Part shown: positions 23,823 through 36,010 of the stretch, one piece after another | Numbering within the stretch: the stretch's first letter is position 1 | How the letters are laid out: every line of letters starts with the position of its first letter | Notes under the pieces: generated by a model | The model's input: the letters and a program-made list of their open reading frames with translations, nothing else | What the model was told of the DNA's origin: nothing | Database searches by the model: none | Program-made: the position numbers and the translations under genes | From: Blastocladiella emersonii ATCC 22665 | Taxonomy: Eukaryota; Fungi; Blastocladiomycota | Length of the DNA: 64,000 nt | Assembly (NCBI GenBank): GCA_025594325.1 | Contig: JANHCV010000001.1 | Span: 248,001-312,000 of the forward strand | Direction: 5' to 3'

Positions 23823-26800
23823 ATGGACGCGGTGTTCCTCTCCGTGTGCTTCCCGAGGGCCGCCGGGGGCTCGGGCCGCGCGCTCTCGGCCGCCGCCGTC
23901 CCCTACGCGGCCACGCCCGACCCGACCCCGACCACGGGCGCCCCGCAGGCCGTGCTGCACGACGACTACCTCGACGTGTGCCGCCAGGCCGCCGTCGTCT
24001 CGCAGACCGCCATCATCCTGTGGCCGCCATCGCCCACCCCGCCGAATCCCGCTGCCGGCGTCGGCCCTGCGCCCGTGTCCCCGCCGCTCTCGGCCGCGAC
24101 CAGCCCCGCCCGCCGCCCGGGCACCCTCGGCACCGCCACCGTCGCCCACCCGGCCCAGTCGCTTGTCATGGGCGGCGGCGCCGGCGCTGGACCCGAGCCC
24201 GCCGACCTCGACCCGCACGACACCCAGTCCGAGCCGTTTGTCGCGCAGATCCGCTCCCCGACCATCGCGCAGGCGCTCCTCGCCCGCGCCAACCTGATGC
24301 ACAACAACCCCGCCAAGGTGCGTTTTTCTCCCTTGCACTCGCCTCGAATTCTCTCCTCCCTCCTCTTCCCCCTGTCGTGCTGCGCCACCCGCTCCTTCTG
24401 CATGCGGAAGGCTCGCATGCATGCGCGCATGGTCGGAGTGGGCTGGGCCCCGGGGGTGACTCGGCTTTCCTTGCCTCGCGCCGACTTGCCCTCGCAGCGC
24501 GCCCGATTTATCGTCGTGGGTCGTGGGGACCTGCCCAATCTGGCCGCATGCTCGCCGCAGCGCTGCGCCTGCCGCCCGCCGCCTGCCGTGCTGAGCAGGT
24601 GGCTCCGCTCCGCACACACCCTCCCCATTCCCACCCTGCCCTGCTTGCCTCGCACGGTCGCTGGCCGCGGTGTGCTGAGCCGACCGGAGCCAAGCCACCC
24701 GGCGGCGTTCCGAATCGGCCGGCCGCTCACGCTTTCCGTTGTCGAGTCACTCGCCGTCACATGGGGCCGTTGCTGACTGATTGTCTCCGCTTGTCTCGCG
24801 CTGCGCACGTGCTCGCTCGCATCTGTAGACGTCGGCCATCGTGCGCGTCAACTACCACCTCCTGCTCACCGCATCGGGCGAGCTCAAGCCCGGCGTCAAG
24901 GCCGAGGTCGAGGCCATCCAGGCCGCCACCGGCACCCAGATCACCGTCATTGGCGAGGTGCCCTCCGAGACGGTCACGCCGCCGGGGATCCCCGCCGAGG
25001 AGACGGCCGTCGAGATCTCGGGCCCGCGCGAGGCCGTGTACACGGCGCGCATCAAGTTCCTCGTCGCCCTCGACGTGCAGGCCGGGCTCGCCGTCGACGC
25101 GTCGCTCGACCTCGACCCGAAGTGTCACTACGTCGTGGCCGGCCGCAAGGCCGCCGAGCTGCACAACATCATGCGCCTCACCAACACCAACATCTACCTG
25201 CCGTCGCCCTTCGCCAACCACGACGCCCTGACCTACGCGACCAAGGCCGGGTGGGAGAACGAGCTGCGGCCCGGGCACGGGCGCATCTACATCACGGGCG
25301 AGCGCGCGCGCGTCGACCAGGCCCGCGACATGCTGCTCGCGCAGGCCAAGGTCAAAAAGTACGCGACGCGCCAGCTGCACGTGCTCGCGCGCAAGCTCGA
25401 CTGGATGCTCACCCACCGCAAGGACCTGGTGCTGCGCCTCATGTACGACAACGGCACCTTCGTCGCGTTCCCGCCGCTCGGGTCCGGCGAGACCCTCATC
25501 ACCGTGTACGGCGACAACCCCATCTACATCAACCGCACGCTCGAGTCCATCGCCCGCATCGCATGCGACTTCTACACGGCGAACATTCGCCTCCTCCCCG
25601 GCCCGCCCGCCGCTGTTGCCTACCGCAACCCCGCCATGGTCCAGTTCGGCGTGGGGTCGGCGGGCCCCGCCGTGCCCAACCCGGTCGCCATGGGGCTCGG
25701 GTACCCCGGCGGCACCGGCGCCGCGCCGCCCACCCCGCAGCAGCAGCAGCAGCAGCAGCAGCCGCCCATCCCGCACGGCGCCCTGCAGGCTGCCGCGTCG
25801 CTGTTTGCCCAGATCGCGCAGCAGACCGAGACCGAGATCATGCTCAAGGGCCCCGAGATCGAGATCTTCGGGTCCGAGCGCGGCGTGTCGGACGCCTTTG
25901 CCATGATCGCCAGCACCGAGTGGGTGCAGGACTCGGCGTGCCAGACGCGGTTCTGCGTTGAGCTCGACATCCGCCACAAGGACTTCATCTCGGGCAAGAA
26001 GAACGGCAAGATCAACAAGATCGTCAAAATGTCCGAGGCGTCGATCCTGTTCGACGACTGGAACGATATCAACATGATCATGATGGTCACGTCGCCGTAC
26101 CCGGCCAACGCGCTGTCCGGGTTCGCGCTGCTCAAGGACGAGCTCCCCGCCGAGATCTCGTTCCACGTCCCCGAGACGTTCCACAAGCGCATCATCGGCG
26201 TCGGCGGCAAGAACATCCAGCGCATCATGAAAAAGTACGGCGTGTTCGTCAAGTTCTCCAACGCCGAGGAGCACGCGTCCCAGGGCGGGTACTTTGACAA
26301 CGACGACAACGTGATCGCCCGCACCCCCGCCAAGAATCGCGACTCGCTCGACCCGCTCAAGGACGCCATCTTCGAGTCGGTCCAGCAGTCGTCGTCGTCG
26401 TCCTCGCTCGCGCCCGGGTCGCACCACCACCAGCAGCAGATCCAGGCCGCGCTCAACCTCATCGCCACGGTCCACTTCCTCATCTCGATCCCGATCCGCC
26501 ACCACCGCTGGGTCGAGTCGTGCATCTCGGGCATCGAGGTCGCCACCGTCACCAAGATCCGCATGCCCAACCGCGAGACGGGCAGCGACAAGGTCGTGGT
26601 CGCCGGACCCGAGCCCAACGTCAAGCTTGCACTCAACCTCCTCGCCGAGTGCACCCCCGAGACATACCAGATCCCCGTCGTGAGTCGTGTTGCCGAGGTC
26701 GTCGCCCTCGCCCGCTCCCAGGCGTTCCGCGCCCACGTCACCGACGTCGCCAAGGCCCAGTACGACATCGACCTCATCCTGCTCGACGACGGGATCGACG

Positions 26801-28540
26801 ACGCGACTCTCGCCGCCGCACTGGTCGAGGCCGAGCAGCAACAGGCCGCCGCGACCGCGGAACAGGCGTCGTCTTCGGAATCGGCCTCCGCCGCCGAGGC
26901 GAGTGTGTCCCCGACGGGCAAGAGCGAGGCCGGGACCAGCACGGGTCCGTCGGCCGCCGCCGCCGCCGCGACGACCTCGGGTCTCCGTGCCTTCTTCGGC
27001 GTGCGGTGCCCGCGCAAGTTCGCCAAGTTCCTCGCGCAGGTCCACGACCTCCTGCTCGGGTACCTGCGGCAGCACCAGCTCGGCGACGCCGTCGACATGC
27101 CGCCCGTCGGCCTGGTCCCGCCGAGCGTCGCTGCGGCTGAGGAGGCGCCCGTCGTCGTGCTCCACGAGCACCCGCCGCTCAGCTACACGCCGCACCACCA
27201 CCATCACCACCACCACTCGCAGGGCCCGCAGGCTCAGCAGCAGCAGCAGCAGCAGCAGGGCCCGCAGCTCACGCGCGTCGCGTCGGTGCCCTCCATCGAC
27301 TCGCACTTCCGCCACTTCAACGCGCGGCTCTTCTCGTCGGGGTCGACCGTCGACACCCTCGCGTCGGGCCCCGCGGGCGCCGGCGCCGCCGGGCTCGCCG
27401 TCGGCATACACGGCGGGTTCCAGACCACGCGGCCGAGCGGCGGGTCCTCGGTCTCGCTCGGGTACGCCGCGGGCGCCAACATGGCAGGGTCCTCGGGTGC
27501 CCAGCAGCAACAGCAGCAGTCGCTCCGTGACATTTTCGGCGCCGCCGCGTACATCCCGGACCTGCAGCGCACCGCGTCCGAGCTCGCGCCCGGCGAGGCG
27601 TACGCGCAGATGATCTCGCCGACGACCGCGGCCGAGCTCCCGTTCCTCGCGCCCGACAACTGGTCGCGCACCGCGGCCGCCGCGGCTGCGGCGTCGGCGG
27701 CGTCGGCGGCTGCCCAGCAGGCGCAGCAGCAACAGCAGCGCATGGAGTTCTACCCGCCATCGGGCGCCCCCGGCGCCGGGTTCCCGATGCAGCCCGGGAT
27801 GATGGGCGGCGCCGTGTACGGCGTCCCGTCGCCGCCGCAACAGCACCAGCACATGTACGGGTCCGCCGGGCTCGCTGGCGGCCAGCAGCAGCAGGGCCAG
27901 GGCCAGGGTGCTGGCGGGTCCGGGATCCTCAGCGGCCGCGGTATCTTCGAGCTCGGCTCGCTCATGGAGTCGCTCCCCGGCGGCGCCGGCCAGGCTGGGG
28001 GCTCGAGCAGCGGCGCGCACCTCGCGGCGCAGTCGAGCGCGCCCGCGCGGCCCATCAACAAGACGCCGAGCCCGCTGCAGCTGCACGGGTCGGGTGCGGG
28101 CGCGGGGGCTTCCGCCAGCGTGCTGTCCACGTCGCCGCCCACGCCCCTGTCACTGTCGTCCTCGGCGGCGGCTGCGCAGTTTGCTGTCGGTCCCGCGTCG
28201 CCGTCGTCGGGGATGCCGACCGAGCTCTCGGCGGCGCAGCTCAGCGAGGTGGTCAACAGCAGCGACCCCGGGGCCACGCTGTGCCAGAAGCTCGGGCTCG
28301 ACAAGTACGCGGCGGCGTTCAGCACGCAGGAGATCGACCTCCACGTGCTCGTGACGCTCACGGACGCGGAGCTGAACCAGCTCGGGGTCAAGGCGCTCGG
28401 CCCACGCAAGAAGCTCCTGAGCGCGTTCCAGGACCTGATCCGGTTTGTGCAGCGTACGTTCGGTGACGATGGTGGTGGTGGGTGCTTCGCGGTGATCGGT
28501 GGGCTGACTATGTTTCGTGCTCGCCTTTGTAGACGGTTGA
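23823..28540 (+). CDS. Multi-KH-domain RNA-binding protein with C-terminal SAM domain (Bicaudal-C-like architecture); introns 24318-24828 and 28454-28532
   Basis: KH motifs HYVVAGRK, KDFISGKKNGKINKI and HKRIIGVGGKNIQRIMKKYGV; SAM LGLDKYAAAFSTQEIDLHVLVTLTDAELNQLGVKALGPRKKL; polyQ/H linkers; splicing gives the ending RFVQHG*. Confidence 0.85.
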
Positions 28541-29505
28541 GTACCCCCTCCCCTTCCTCCCTCCTTTTGCGTTTTCCCCTCCGTACCCGTTGCGCCTTTC
28601 CCCCTCCCCTCCCTTCGATAACCCGTCCTACCCCTCTACTCAACCCGTCCGTCCGTACACTTTCGGCCAGGGCCTCGCGTTACCCCTCTCGGTACCCTTC
28701 TCGCCCACCCACCCCCACCACCCGTCAACCCATTTGCTGTCGTCTCGCTCGCTCTCCTTCGTTTTGTTCGTCCTCGCTCTCTGCTCGTTCGCGTTCAAGG
28801 CGGCCTCGGCGCGCGCGCTCTCGGATCGGGGCAAGTATTTATTGGCGCCGCGCGCGTGGGCTCAGTTTGTACGTTTTCTCGCTCCTTCATCGTCGTCGCG
28901 CGACCCTCGGCTGACCCACTTCGTCCGGACGTGTAGGTCTTGAAACCGTCAATTGTTCGTTCGCTCCTGAGCTCCAGTCCGTTGTCGCGGTCGTCTCGTT
29001 GCCGTCTTCGTCGCACCCAAGAGCTCGATATACGCCCACCCCTCGAGGCGACTGTGACCTCGACGACCACCGCGCGCGCCGGCCGGCCGCCCTCGTTTGT
29101 GTTCTGTACCCGTATTCTTTTGTATTTAACCGTCTTCCAATTCATCTGGATCGTGTTCGTGAGGTGATTTCGCGGAGTGGAGACAATGTGAGACGCGTCG
29201 CGTTATCACGTGTGGGCGCGGGAGACGCGCGCTTGCCTCTTGCGACGCGTCGACGCGTCGCGCTCCCCGTTGTTCACGGCCCGCACCCTGACACCGCGGC
29301 CTGCTTTGTGAGGATCGGCGCGACGCGACGGCGGACGGTCAAGCGGGTGGGAGATTCTCGCTGCCGTGATTCTTGTTCTCCGCTTCTTGGCGGCCAGCAC
29401 CGACGCGTACACCTTGAGTCGTCGAGGTCGCTTCTCTCCGGCTCCTCAGACAGTCAGACGACGACTGCGAAGACGTATCATAGACCACCATCGGCAACCC
29501 CCACG

Positions 29506-31149
29506 ATGCGACCACTCTCGCCGCTCCTCGCCACGCTGCTGCTCGTTGCGCTGGTCGCGAGCGTCCGCGCGGACCCGACCCCCGACCCGAAGCCCGAGCC
29601 CGGCCTGTTCAACGTGCCGCAGTTCCTCGGCGACGCGGCCAAGCAGCTGCTCCCGCCCGACACGATGGCGGCGCTCAACTCGATCGTCCAGCTCGCGGCC
29701 AAGGGCGAGAACTACATTGTCACGCTCAAGCCCGAGCTGCCGGTGCAGGAGTGTACGTGAGACGTGGCCGCGACGGACACGACCCGCGAGTCGCTAACCG
29801 CCATCTTCTAGTCCTGGACCACGTCGCGTGGCTCGAGTCCAAGCTGCAGGTCGACCTGGGGATCGGGCACGTGCTGCACAAGTACCACATCCCGACGGCG
29901 ACGGTCGAGGACACGGACCCGGCGACGGGCGCGTCGATCTCGTCGGTGGCCCCCGCCTTCTACGGGTACGCGGGCACGTTCCACCCGGCGCTCGTCGAGA
30001 TCATCAAGTCGCTGCCGGTCGTGGCGTCGGTCAGCAAGGACGACGTGGCGCAGATCGAGCAGGCGCCGCTCGCGTCGACGCTCACGCAGCGCGGCGCGAC
30101 GTGGGGGCTCGCGCGCATCTGCACGGTCCGGCCGCCCAACTTTGACAACGGCAGCCCGCTCTCGTACACATACAACTTTCGCCGCGGGCTCGGCGTCGAC
30201 GTGTACAGCCTCGACACGGGCGGTGCGTTCGCTGGTTCGGGATAGCAGCGTGACGTGGACTAAACTTGCTCGCCGTGTAGTCTACGTCGGCCACCGCGAC
30301 ATTGCTGGTCGCGCGGCGTACGTCAACATCCCGGGCCTGACCAACGACGGCGGCGACCCGAACGGGCACGGGTCGCACACGGCGGGGACCATGGTCGGCA
30401 CCACGTACGGCGTGGCCAAGGGCGCCAACGTGTGGGCGCTGCAGGTGCTCGACCGTAACGGCAAGGGCCCGTGGTCCAACGTCATCAAGGGCATCGAGAC
30501 GGTGGTCAACCTCAAGAACAGCCGTAAGCGGCCGTCGATCATGAAGTGCGTGACTCGCGGAGGCTCGAAGTTGTGAGAGCAAGCACTAACCCCCCCCCCC
30601 CCCAAAAAAAAAAATGTAGCCTGTCGGTGACTGGGGCCAAGAACGACGCGCTCAACGCGGCGCTGACGACGGCGACGCGCAACGGCGTGCACGTGGTGGT
30701 GGCCGCGGGCAACTCGAACGTGGACACGTGCGGCACGTCGCCCGGGTCGGCGGGCGGGCCCAACGGCGACGTGGTCTCTGTCGGGTCGGCCGGGCAGACG
30801 GACGTGCAGAGCGTGTTCAGCAACTGGGGCCGGTGCAACGATATCAGCGCGCCCGGCGAGTTCATCGAGAGCATCGGCACCACCCAGGGCAAGGTGGTCA
30901 CGATGAGCGGCACGAGTATGGCGTCGCCGCACGTCGCGGTACGTGGGACAGTGGCGGAGTGGGTGAGAGAGGTGGCCGAGTACTGACTGAGCGGGGGACG
31001 TGTAGGGCGCGCTCGCCGTGGTGCTCTCGCAGGCGTCCAACTGGACGCCGCGCCAGGCCAAGGAGTACCTCAAGTCCAAGGCCAGCATCGTGGTCAAGAA
31101 CACCAAGGGTGGCACCCCCGGCCTGCTGTACCTCCCGCCCCGCGTCTGA
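29506..31149 (+). CDS. Secreted subtilisin-like serine protease (S8, proteinase K type) with I9 prodomain; 4 introns
   Basis: Signal peptide, YIVTLK prodomain, TWGLARI, catalytic VYSLDTG, GHGSHTAGT, AAGNSN and SGTSMASPHVA. Confidence 0.93.
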
Positions 31150-31265
31150 GTGACTGGCTGCCTTGCGCGCATTTGACTGTTCCAGAAACCCGAATGAACC
31201 TTGCTCAATCATCCTGCAGAGACTCTGAGAGTGAAAAACACGCGAGCGGAGGGGTGCGAGACACT

Positions 31266-31278
31266 CGCGAAAACGCGT
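31266..31278 (+). promoter_or_regulatory. Composite CGCGAAAACGCGT element upstream of Qcr6
   Basis: The same 13-mer occurs on the minus strand at 44716-44728. Confidence 0.35.
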
Positions 31279-31456
31279 CTCCCGCGGCGCACGTGATGCC
31301 ACCTGACGACAACTTTGCATCGCTGCGCCGCCGAGCCGGCCGACCGAGCGGTCCGCCATCGCCCATCGCCGAGCTTGTAAGAGGCCCGACGACGCCCCCG
31401 TACCTGCAACGTATCGCTACGCAACGCAACTACCCGCATCCGCCACCGCCATCGTC

Positions 31457-31896
31457 ATGTCATCCCTGCTCGAGAAGTTCTTTGCTGTCGTCCGCTGCGA
31501 GGAGGAGGAGGCCGTTGAGGAGCCCGAGGTCGCCGCCGAGGAGGAGGAGGCTGCCGAGGAGATCTCCGACCCCAAGGAGGCCGTTGCCGAGGGTACGGCA
31601 GCCACGCGGGACTCGGTCTGCCGGGATATCATCGCTCACGACGCGGCGGCGTGCGCGTGTAGAGTGCGGCAACCAGCCCGCCAACGCCCCCCTGCGCGAG
31701 GCCCTCGATGCCTGCACCGCCCGCGTCGAGGGCGGCGCCGACGAGACCTGCGTCGAGGAGTTCTTCAAGGTACGCGCCGCGCTGCGCCACGGCATCGTGG
31801 CTTCGGGTGGTCGCTGACGCGCTACGGTGATGTATGTAGTTCCAGAAGGCTGTCGACCAGTGCACGGCCGCCAAGCTGTTCAACTACCTCAAGTAA
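31457..31896 (+). CDS. QCR6: Cytochrome bc1 complex hinge subunit (Qcr6/UQCRH); 2 introns
   Basis: Acidic N-terminus, DPKEAVAE|EC...CTARVE...ETCVEEFF|..VDQCTAAKLFNYLK. Confidence 0.92.
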
Positions 31897-32090
31897 ATCC
31901 CTCCCTCGCGTGTCGCTCTCCCTTTCCTCGTCTTCTCCGTACCTTAGCACCTCTCCTGCACAAACACCACCATCCGCCACCTGCCCGCTGCCTCGAGGGC
32001 GTCGCGGCTGCTCGCCCGTCGCGATGCGCTCCTCCTCTCTGAATATACAACTCCGGTGTTCTACTTGACAAACGGGTTGTGTGTGTTCAT

Positions 32091-33212
32091 TCATGAGGAA
32101 CTGCCAAACGACTTGGGGATCTCGAACGCGCTCGCGAGGGCCGCGCGGAGCAGTCGCTGCTTGCGCGACGCGGCGCCGGTCCCACTTGCCGACGGCGTTG
32201 ACCTGGTCGTAGACCGCTTGCTCGCGCTTGACGGAGCCTTGGCCGGCCGCAGAATCGGCGCGCTCCGCACGCCTTCTTTCCTCCGCTCGAGTTGGTCGTC
32301 GAGCCGCCTCGCCTCGCGCTCCGCAATCGCCGCGCGCGCCCCGTCGCGGTCCTCGTCCGTCTCGGGCAGGATAGCGATGGTGGTCCCGATCCGGTCGGCC
32401 ACCGCCCGACACTCCTTATCCTCGGCGACGCGTGCCTTCTTCTCAGTGCGGAAACGCCGCCGCAAGAGCTGGTTCGACTCGTAGTCGTCGGCCCACTGCG
32501 CATCGCGGTCCGCCTTGAGCGCGCGCAGTGCCGCGTCCGCTTCCGCTGCAGCATCGGCGTCGCGCACCGCGTGGTCGAGCCGGTACAACGGGTCCGTCGC
32601 GAGCCGCGCCGACGTGGCCTCGGATGAGAGCGCGGGCACGCCTGCGTCCGCGGGGTCGAACGACTCGACTTTCTGACGCGCGCCCTCGGTCACTACGTAG
32701 CGCGTGTTCTACATGCGACGGCTCGATGTCAGCGTTGCGTGCCATGGCAAGGGCGATCCGAGCGAGCGTACCTGCGGGTCGGTCCGGATCTCAAACCAGT
32801 GCTTGCAGCACGGGCTCTTCATGCGGAAGCTCCAGATGGGCGTCGAATAGTACTTGCCGACCTTCTTCTTCTCGGCGTTGAACCGCACGCCCATGCCGAT
32901 CGGCGCATCGCACCCCCCGCACCACACGTTGAACGGCAGCTCGAAGCTACGCGGCAATGGTGCGCGTCAGCACCGTGGGGCGGACGGTGCCAGGGTGCGG
33001 GACACGCATACCGGATGATCAGGATGCCCTCGGACTTGAGCTTCCGCGCGCGGTCGCCCAGCGGGTGCACACCATGGTGCTGGTTGACCGAGTTGTGCTT
33101 GGACGGGTCTGCACACCGCCGCGGAACCGTCAGATTCGGCGCCCGTACATGATCCGAGGCCGTTGCATCAAGTACCAAAGTCCTTGGGAAAGTATTTGTT
33201 GAAGCCTTGCAT
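32091..33212 (-). CDS. YJU2B: Splicing factor Cwc16/YJU2B (CCDC130); 3 introns
   Basis: MQGFNKYFPKDF|DPSKH...HPLGDRARKL..GILIIR|FELPFNVWCGGC...GVRFNAEKKKVGKYYSTPIWSFRMK...EIRTDPQ. Confidence 0.93.
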
Positions 33213-33312
33213 GGGTTACGTGGTGATGGGGAGGAGAAGCGACCGGGGACAACGTCAAATCGCCCTTGCTGCGCCGCAGACGGTTCTCTCTCCCTCCCGA
33301 CCAAGTAAAACC

Positions 33313-34933
33313 ATGGAAACTGATGAAACTACCCCGGCAAACCGAGAGTCACCGAAGATTCCCTCGTATCGCGAGAGTCTCTCGGCACCGTGCAAGTGCC
33401 GCTCCGCGCTTTCCGGCTTGCATTGTCACTTCCAGCATCTCGGCGTGAGCGGCGATCTCTCCGACATCGCCGTCTCGTTCCACGGAATCACGTACCACTT
33501 GCACCGCTCCGTGCTCGCTCAGAGCCCCTGGTTTGTCGGGCTGTTGGACGACGCGTGGCACGCACCAGCGGCGGGCCCGGGTACCGTCAGCACCGTTCGC
33601 ATCGATTTCTTGCCGACCACGGCCGAAGAGGGCGAATCCGAGGACCAGCTCGTCGCGCGCGCCGTTCAAGCGTGGGAAACGCTCCTCGTCGCCGTGTACG
33701 GCGGCTGCTTCGCGATCATCCTCAGTCGGTTCAGGCATGAGTCGTTCCTCGATGTCCTGGAGACGGCGCTATACTTTGGTACACTTTGCACGCTTCAAGA
33801 CATGAGGTGGTTACTCTGCTGACCCTCATATTCACTCTCTAGACTTTTCGCAGCTTCTGAGCGCGTGTCGCGAGTACTTTTTTCTCCAACTCGGAAAGCT
33901 TGCTCGCCCGCGCTGCCAGCAATCTCAGCGCGCGGCCATGATCGCACGAGTCATGGCGTTCTGCGACGGACGCGCCCTACCCGATTCCGTGGCCTCGCTC
34001 TTGTCCATCGCAATCGCCCACTCGCGTTATCTGGGCACCCGCGCGAACAATCGCGAGCTTCTCAAGGAGTGCCCACCCGAGCTCGTGCGCCGCATTTTGA
34101 TCTCCCCCAACTTTTGGAGCTCATCCGAACTCGATTACTTCAGACTTCTTGCTGATCTTGACGGAATCCCGACCAAGGAGCTACTCGGCGCGGTCCATTT
34201 CATGACCATGACCGTACCTGAACAAACAAATGTCCTTGATGCGCTTAACGTTGCCAGCAGCCCGGAGCTCCAAGCCGGGATCAAGACAGCCTTCTTTGAC
34301 GCAGAATTGCTCCGCAGGGCAGTGCTCAAGGCCAAGCCTGGGGACCGTGTTCTGGGCGACGCGTGGGCGGGCCCGACCTTGACGCCTCGTCAGCCGCGGA
34401 TGTGCTTTTACTTGCAGCCAACAATCGCTCCTGACGCGTCCCAGGCTCAGGAATCGACGGCCTCGATCGACTTTGGCGGCAGTCAATGGACTGCCTCGCT
34501 TTGCTTTCTCAAGGACGGCAAGTCGCTGAAGCTCAGCGTGTACGTCGTTTTGTAGAGTTCGCGCACGCTGGGCACGGGTCACTGATTGGTTCTTGCTCGT
34601 GCTTCATGTAGCTCGCGGGGCGCTCCAGCTGAGGGCAGCATCGCGAGTGTCGTTGATCCGCGGCACTTGACGTCGATCCGAATCCGCTACGTCGCGTATA
34701 CGGCGTGCTTGAAGCACGTATCACTGCGTACTTGCCCAGGTGCTCAGTGGGACCGGTCCACATTCAATGCGACCCCCGCGATCGTTTCTAAAGCAGTCAA
34801 GTCCGACTGGGTAACGGCCTCGCTCGCAATCGGCGGTGAGTCGTGGACTTGCACGTTGCAGGACCAAAAGCCGATCCCCTTGCAGCGCCGCGGCGGCAGC
34901 TTTCCGCTCAAGGTCTCTGTCGAGCTCCTCTGA
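33313..34933 (+). CDS. BTB/POZ + BACK-like + C-terminal MATH-like protein (germ-cell-less-like Cul3 adaptor), copy 1; introns 33779-33842 and 34540-34611
   Basis: SDIAVSFHGITYHLHRSVLAQSPWF BTB start; VLETALYF; ELVRRILISPNFWSSSELDYF; FGGSQWTASL...LKVSVELL. The spliced frame is open throughout. Confidence 0.75.
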
Positions 34934-36010
34934 ACTGATAGGATATTTTATGTGCATTTTTGCTGAACGTTTTTAATTCACAACTGTACCTGTCGCCCGT
35001 CTTCATCGACCTTTCAGGGAATGTCAGTGAAAGTGGCGCCAATCTTGTGCCGCGCGGACCTCGCCGTGGGCCGATTGTGATGGGAAGCGCGTGCTTCCCC
35101 CATGCTTCACCCCGTTCTAGCGCAAAGGGTCCGTATGACGTGCGGTGAGAAACGAGCTCGTCGAATCTATGACGACTGCGTCACAATCCCGGCAGACATG
35201 AGGATACCAGTGATGCGATGGATGATGGGAAAGCTGCTGGAGTTGCCCTCAGACTGGTGGTTGTTATTTGCATGTTGCATCAATTGCCACCGCGCTGCGC
35301 TCCCCCTTCATTTATGGAGCACCTTTCGCGGTTGACGTGGTGATGGCCGTGAAAACCGGCGGTACTGGACTTCCACGCGCGACCTCCGCGACGCAGGCGT
35401 TTCTCTTTCAGCGGACTCCGATCACGAATTCAGATGAGGTCCGCCCGAGTCCTCGCGAAGTCGCTTCTCTGCCGTGGCCGTTGTGCCGCTGGTGTCTGGT
35501 GCTATGATGTGAGAGTGGACAAAACGGATCCGCCATGACGTTCCTGCTACCTACAGCATCTGGTATGTACCGTTATCCTGCTGCAGGTTCATCAACGCGT
35601 TCAGCAGCTTGGCGTGAGAGGCGAACTTGCTTGTACAAAAGTTGCGCTCCATAGGCAAGCGTATAGCCTGCACTGTGCCATGCCCAAATGAAGAGTATGG
35701 CCCCCGAGGAGTCATACCAGCCTCAGTGTACGGTGGCAAGGAGCCACTTACCGCGGCGGCCACGCTTCCCTCTCGCTGTCACTTGACTTGGTGAAACTTC
35801 TCACTGCGCAGGGTCTGAATACAAATAAACTGCACTCTTGATTACATTTCACCAAGTGATTTAACGGTAGGTAGCCTGGTTAGCGTGGGTTGACCGTATT
35901 CGCTCGTCCTCGCTCGCTTGGGGCGAGCACCCAAGCCAAGACGCCGTCGCCGCGTCGCAGGCGGTCCTCTCTCTCGCAACGCAGCGCGATTTTATGAATG
36001 CAGCCGAACC

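Noticed and set aside
24757-28086. 1109-aa minus-strand ORF (and similar long ORFs 3119-5095, 20044-22965, 58168-60711, 62014-63435)
   Set aside because: Antisense or off-frame shadows of real GC-rich genes; Arg/Gly/Ala-rich with no motifs.
28454-28914. C-terminal extension of the KH-SAM ORF to 28914
   Set aside because: A GTACGT...CTGAC...TAG intron gives a clean stop at 28540; the extension reads like pyrimidine-rich 3' UTR.
33843-33940. Apparent frameshift in BTB copy 1 at the T-run
   Set aside because: Recounting gives TAC TTT TTT CTC CAA, which is in frame with copy 2, so the gene is intact.
34960-35900. Short ORFs between the BTB paralogs (and at 37620-38230)
   Set aside because: No consistent frame, motif or similarity to the neighbours; left as unannotated decayed or intergenic DNA.
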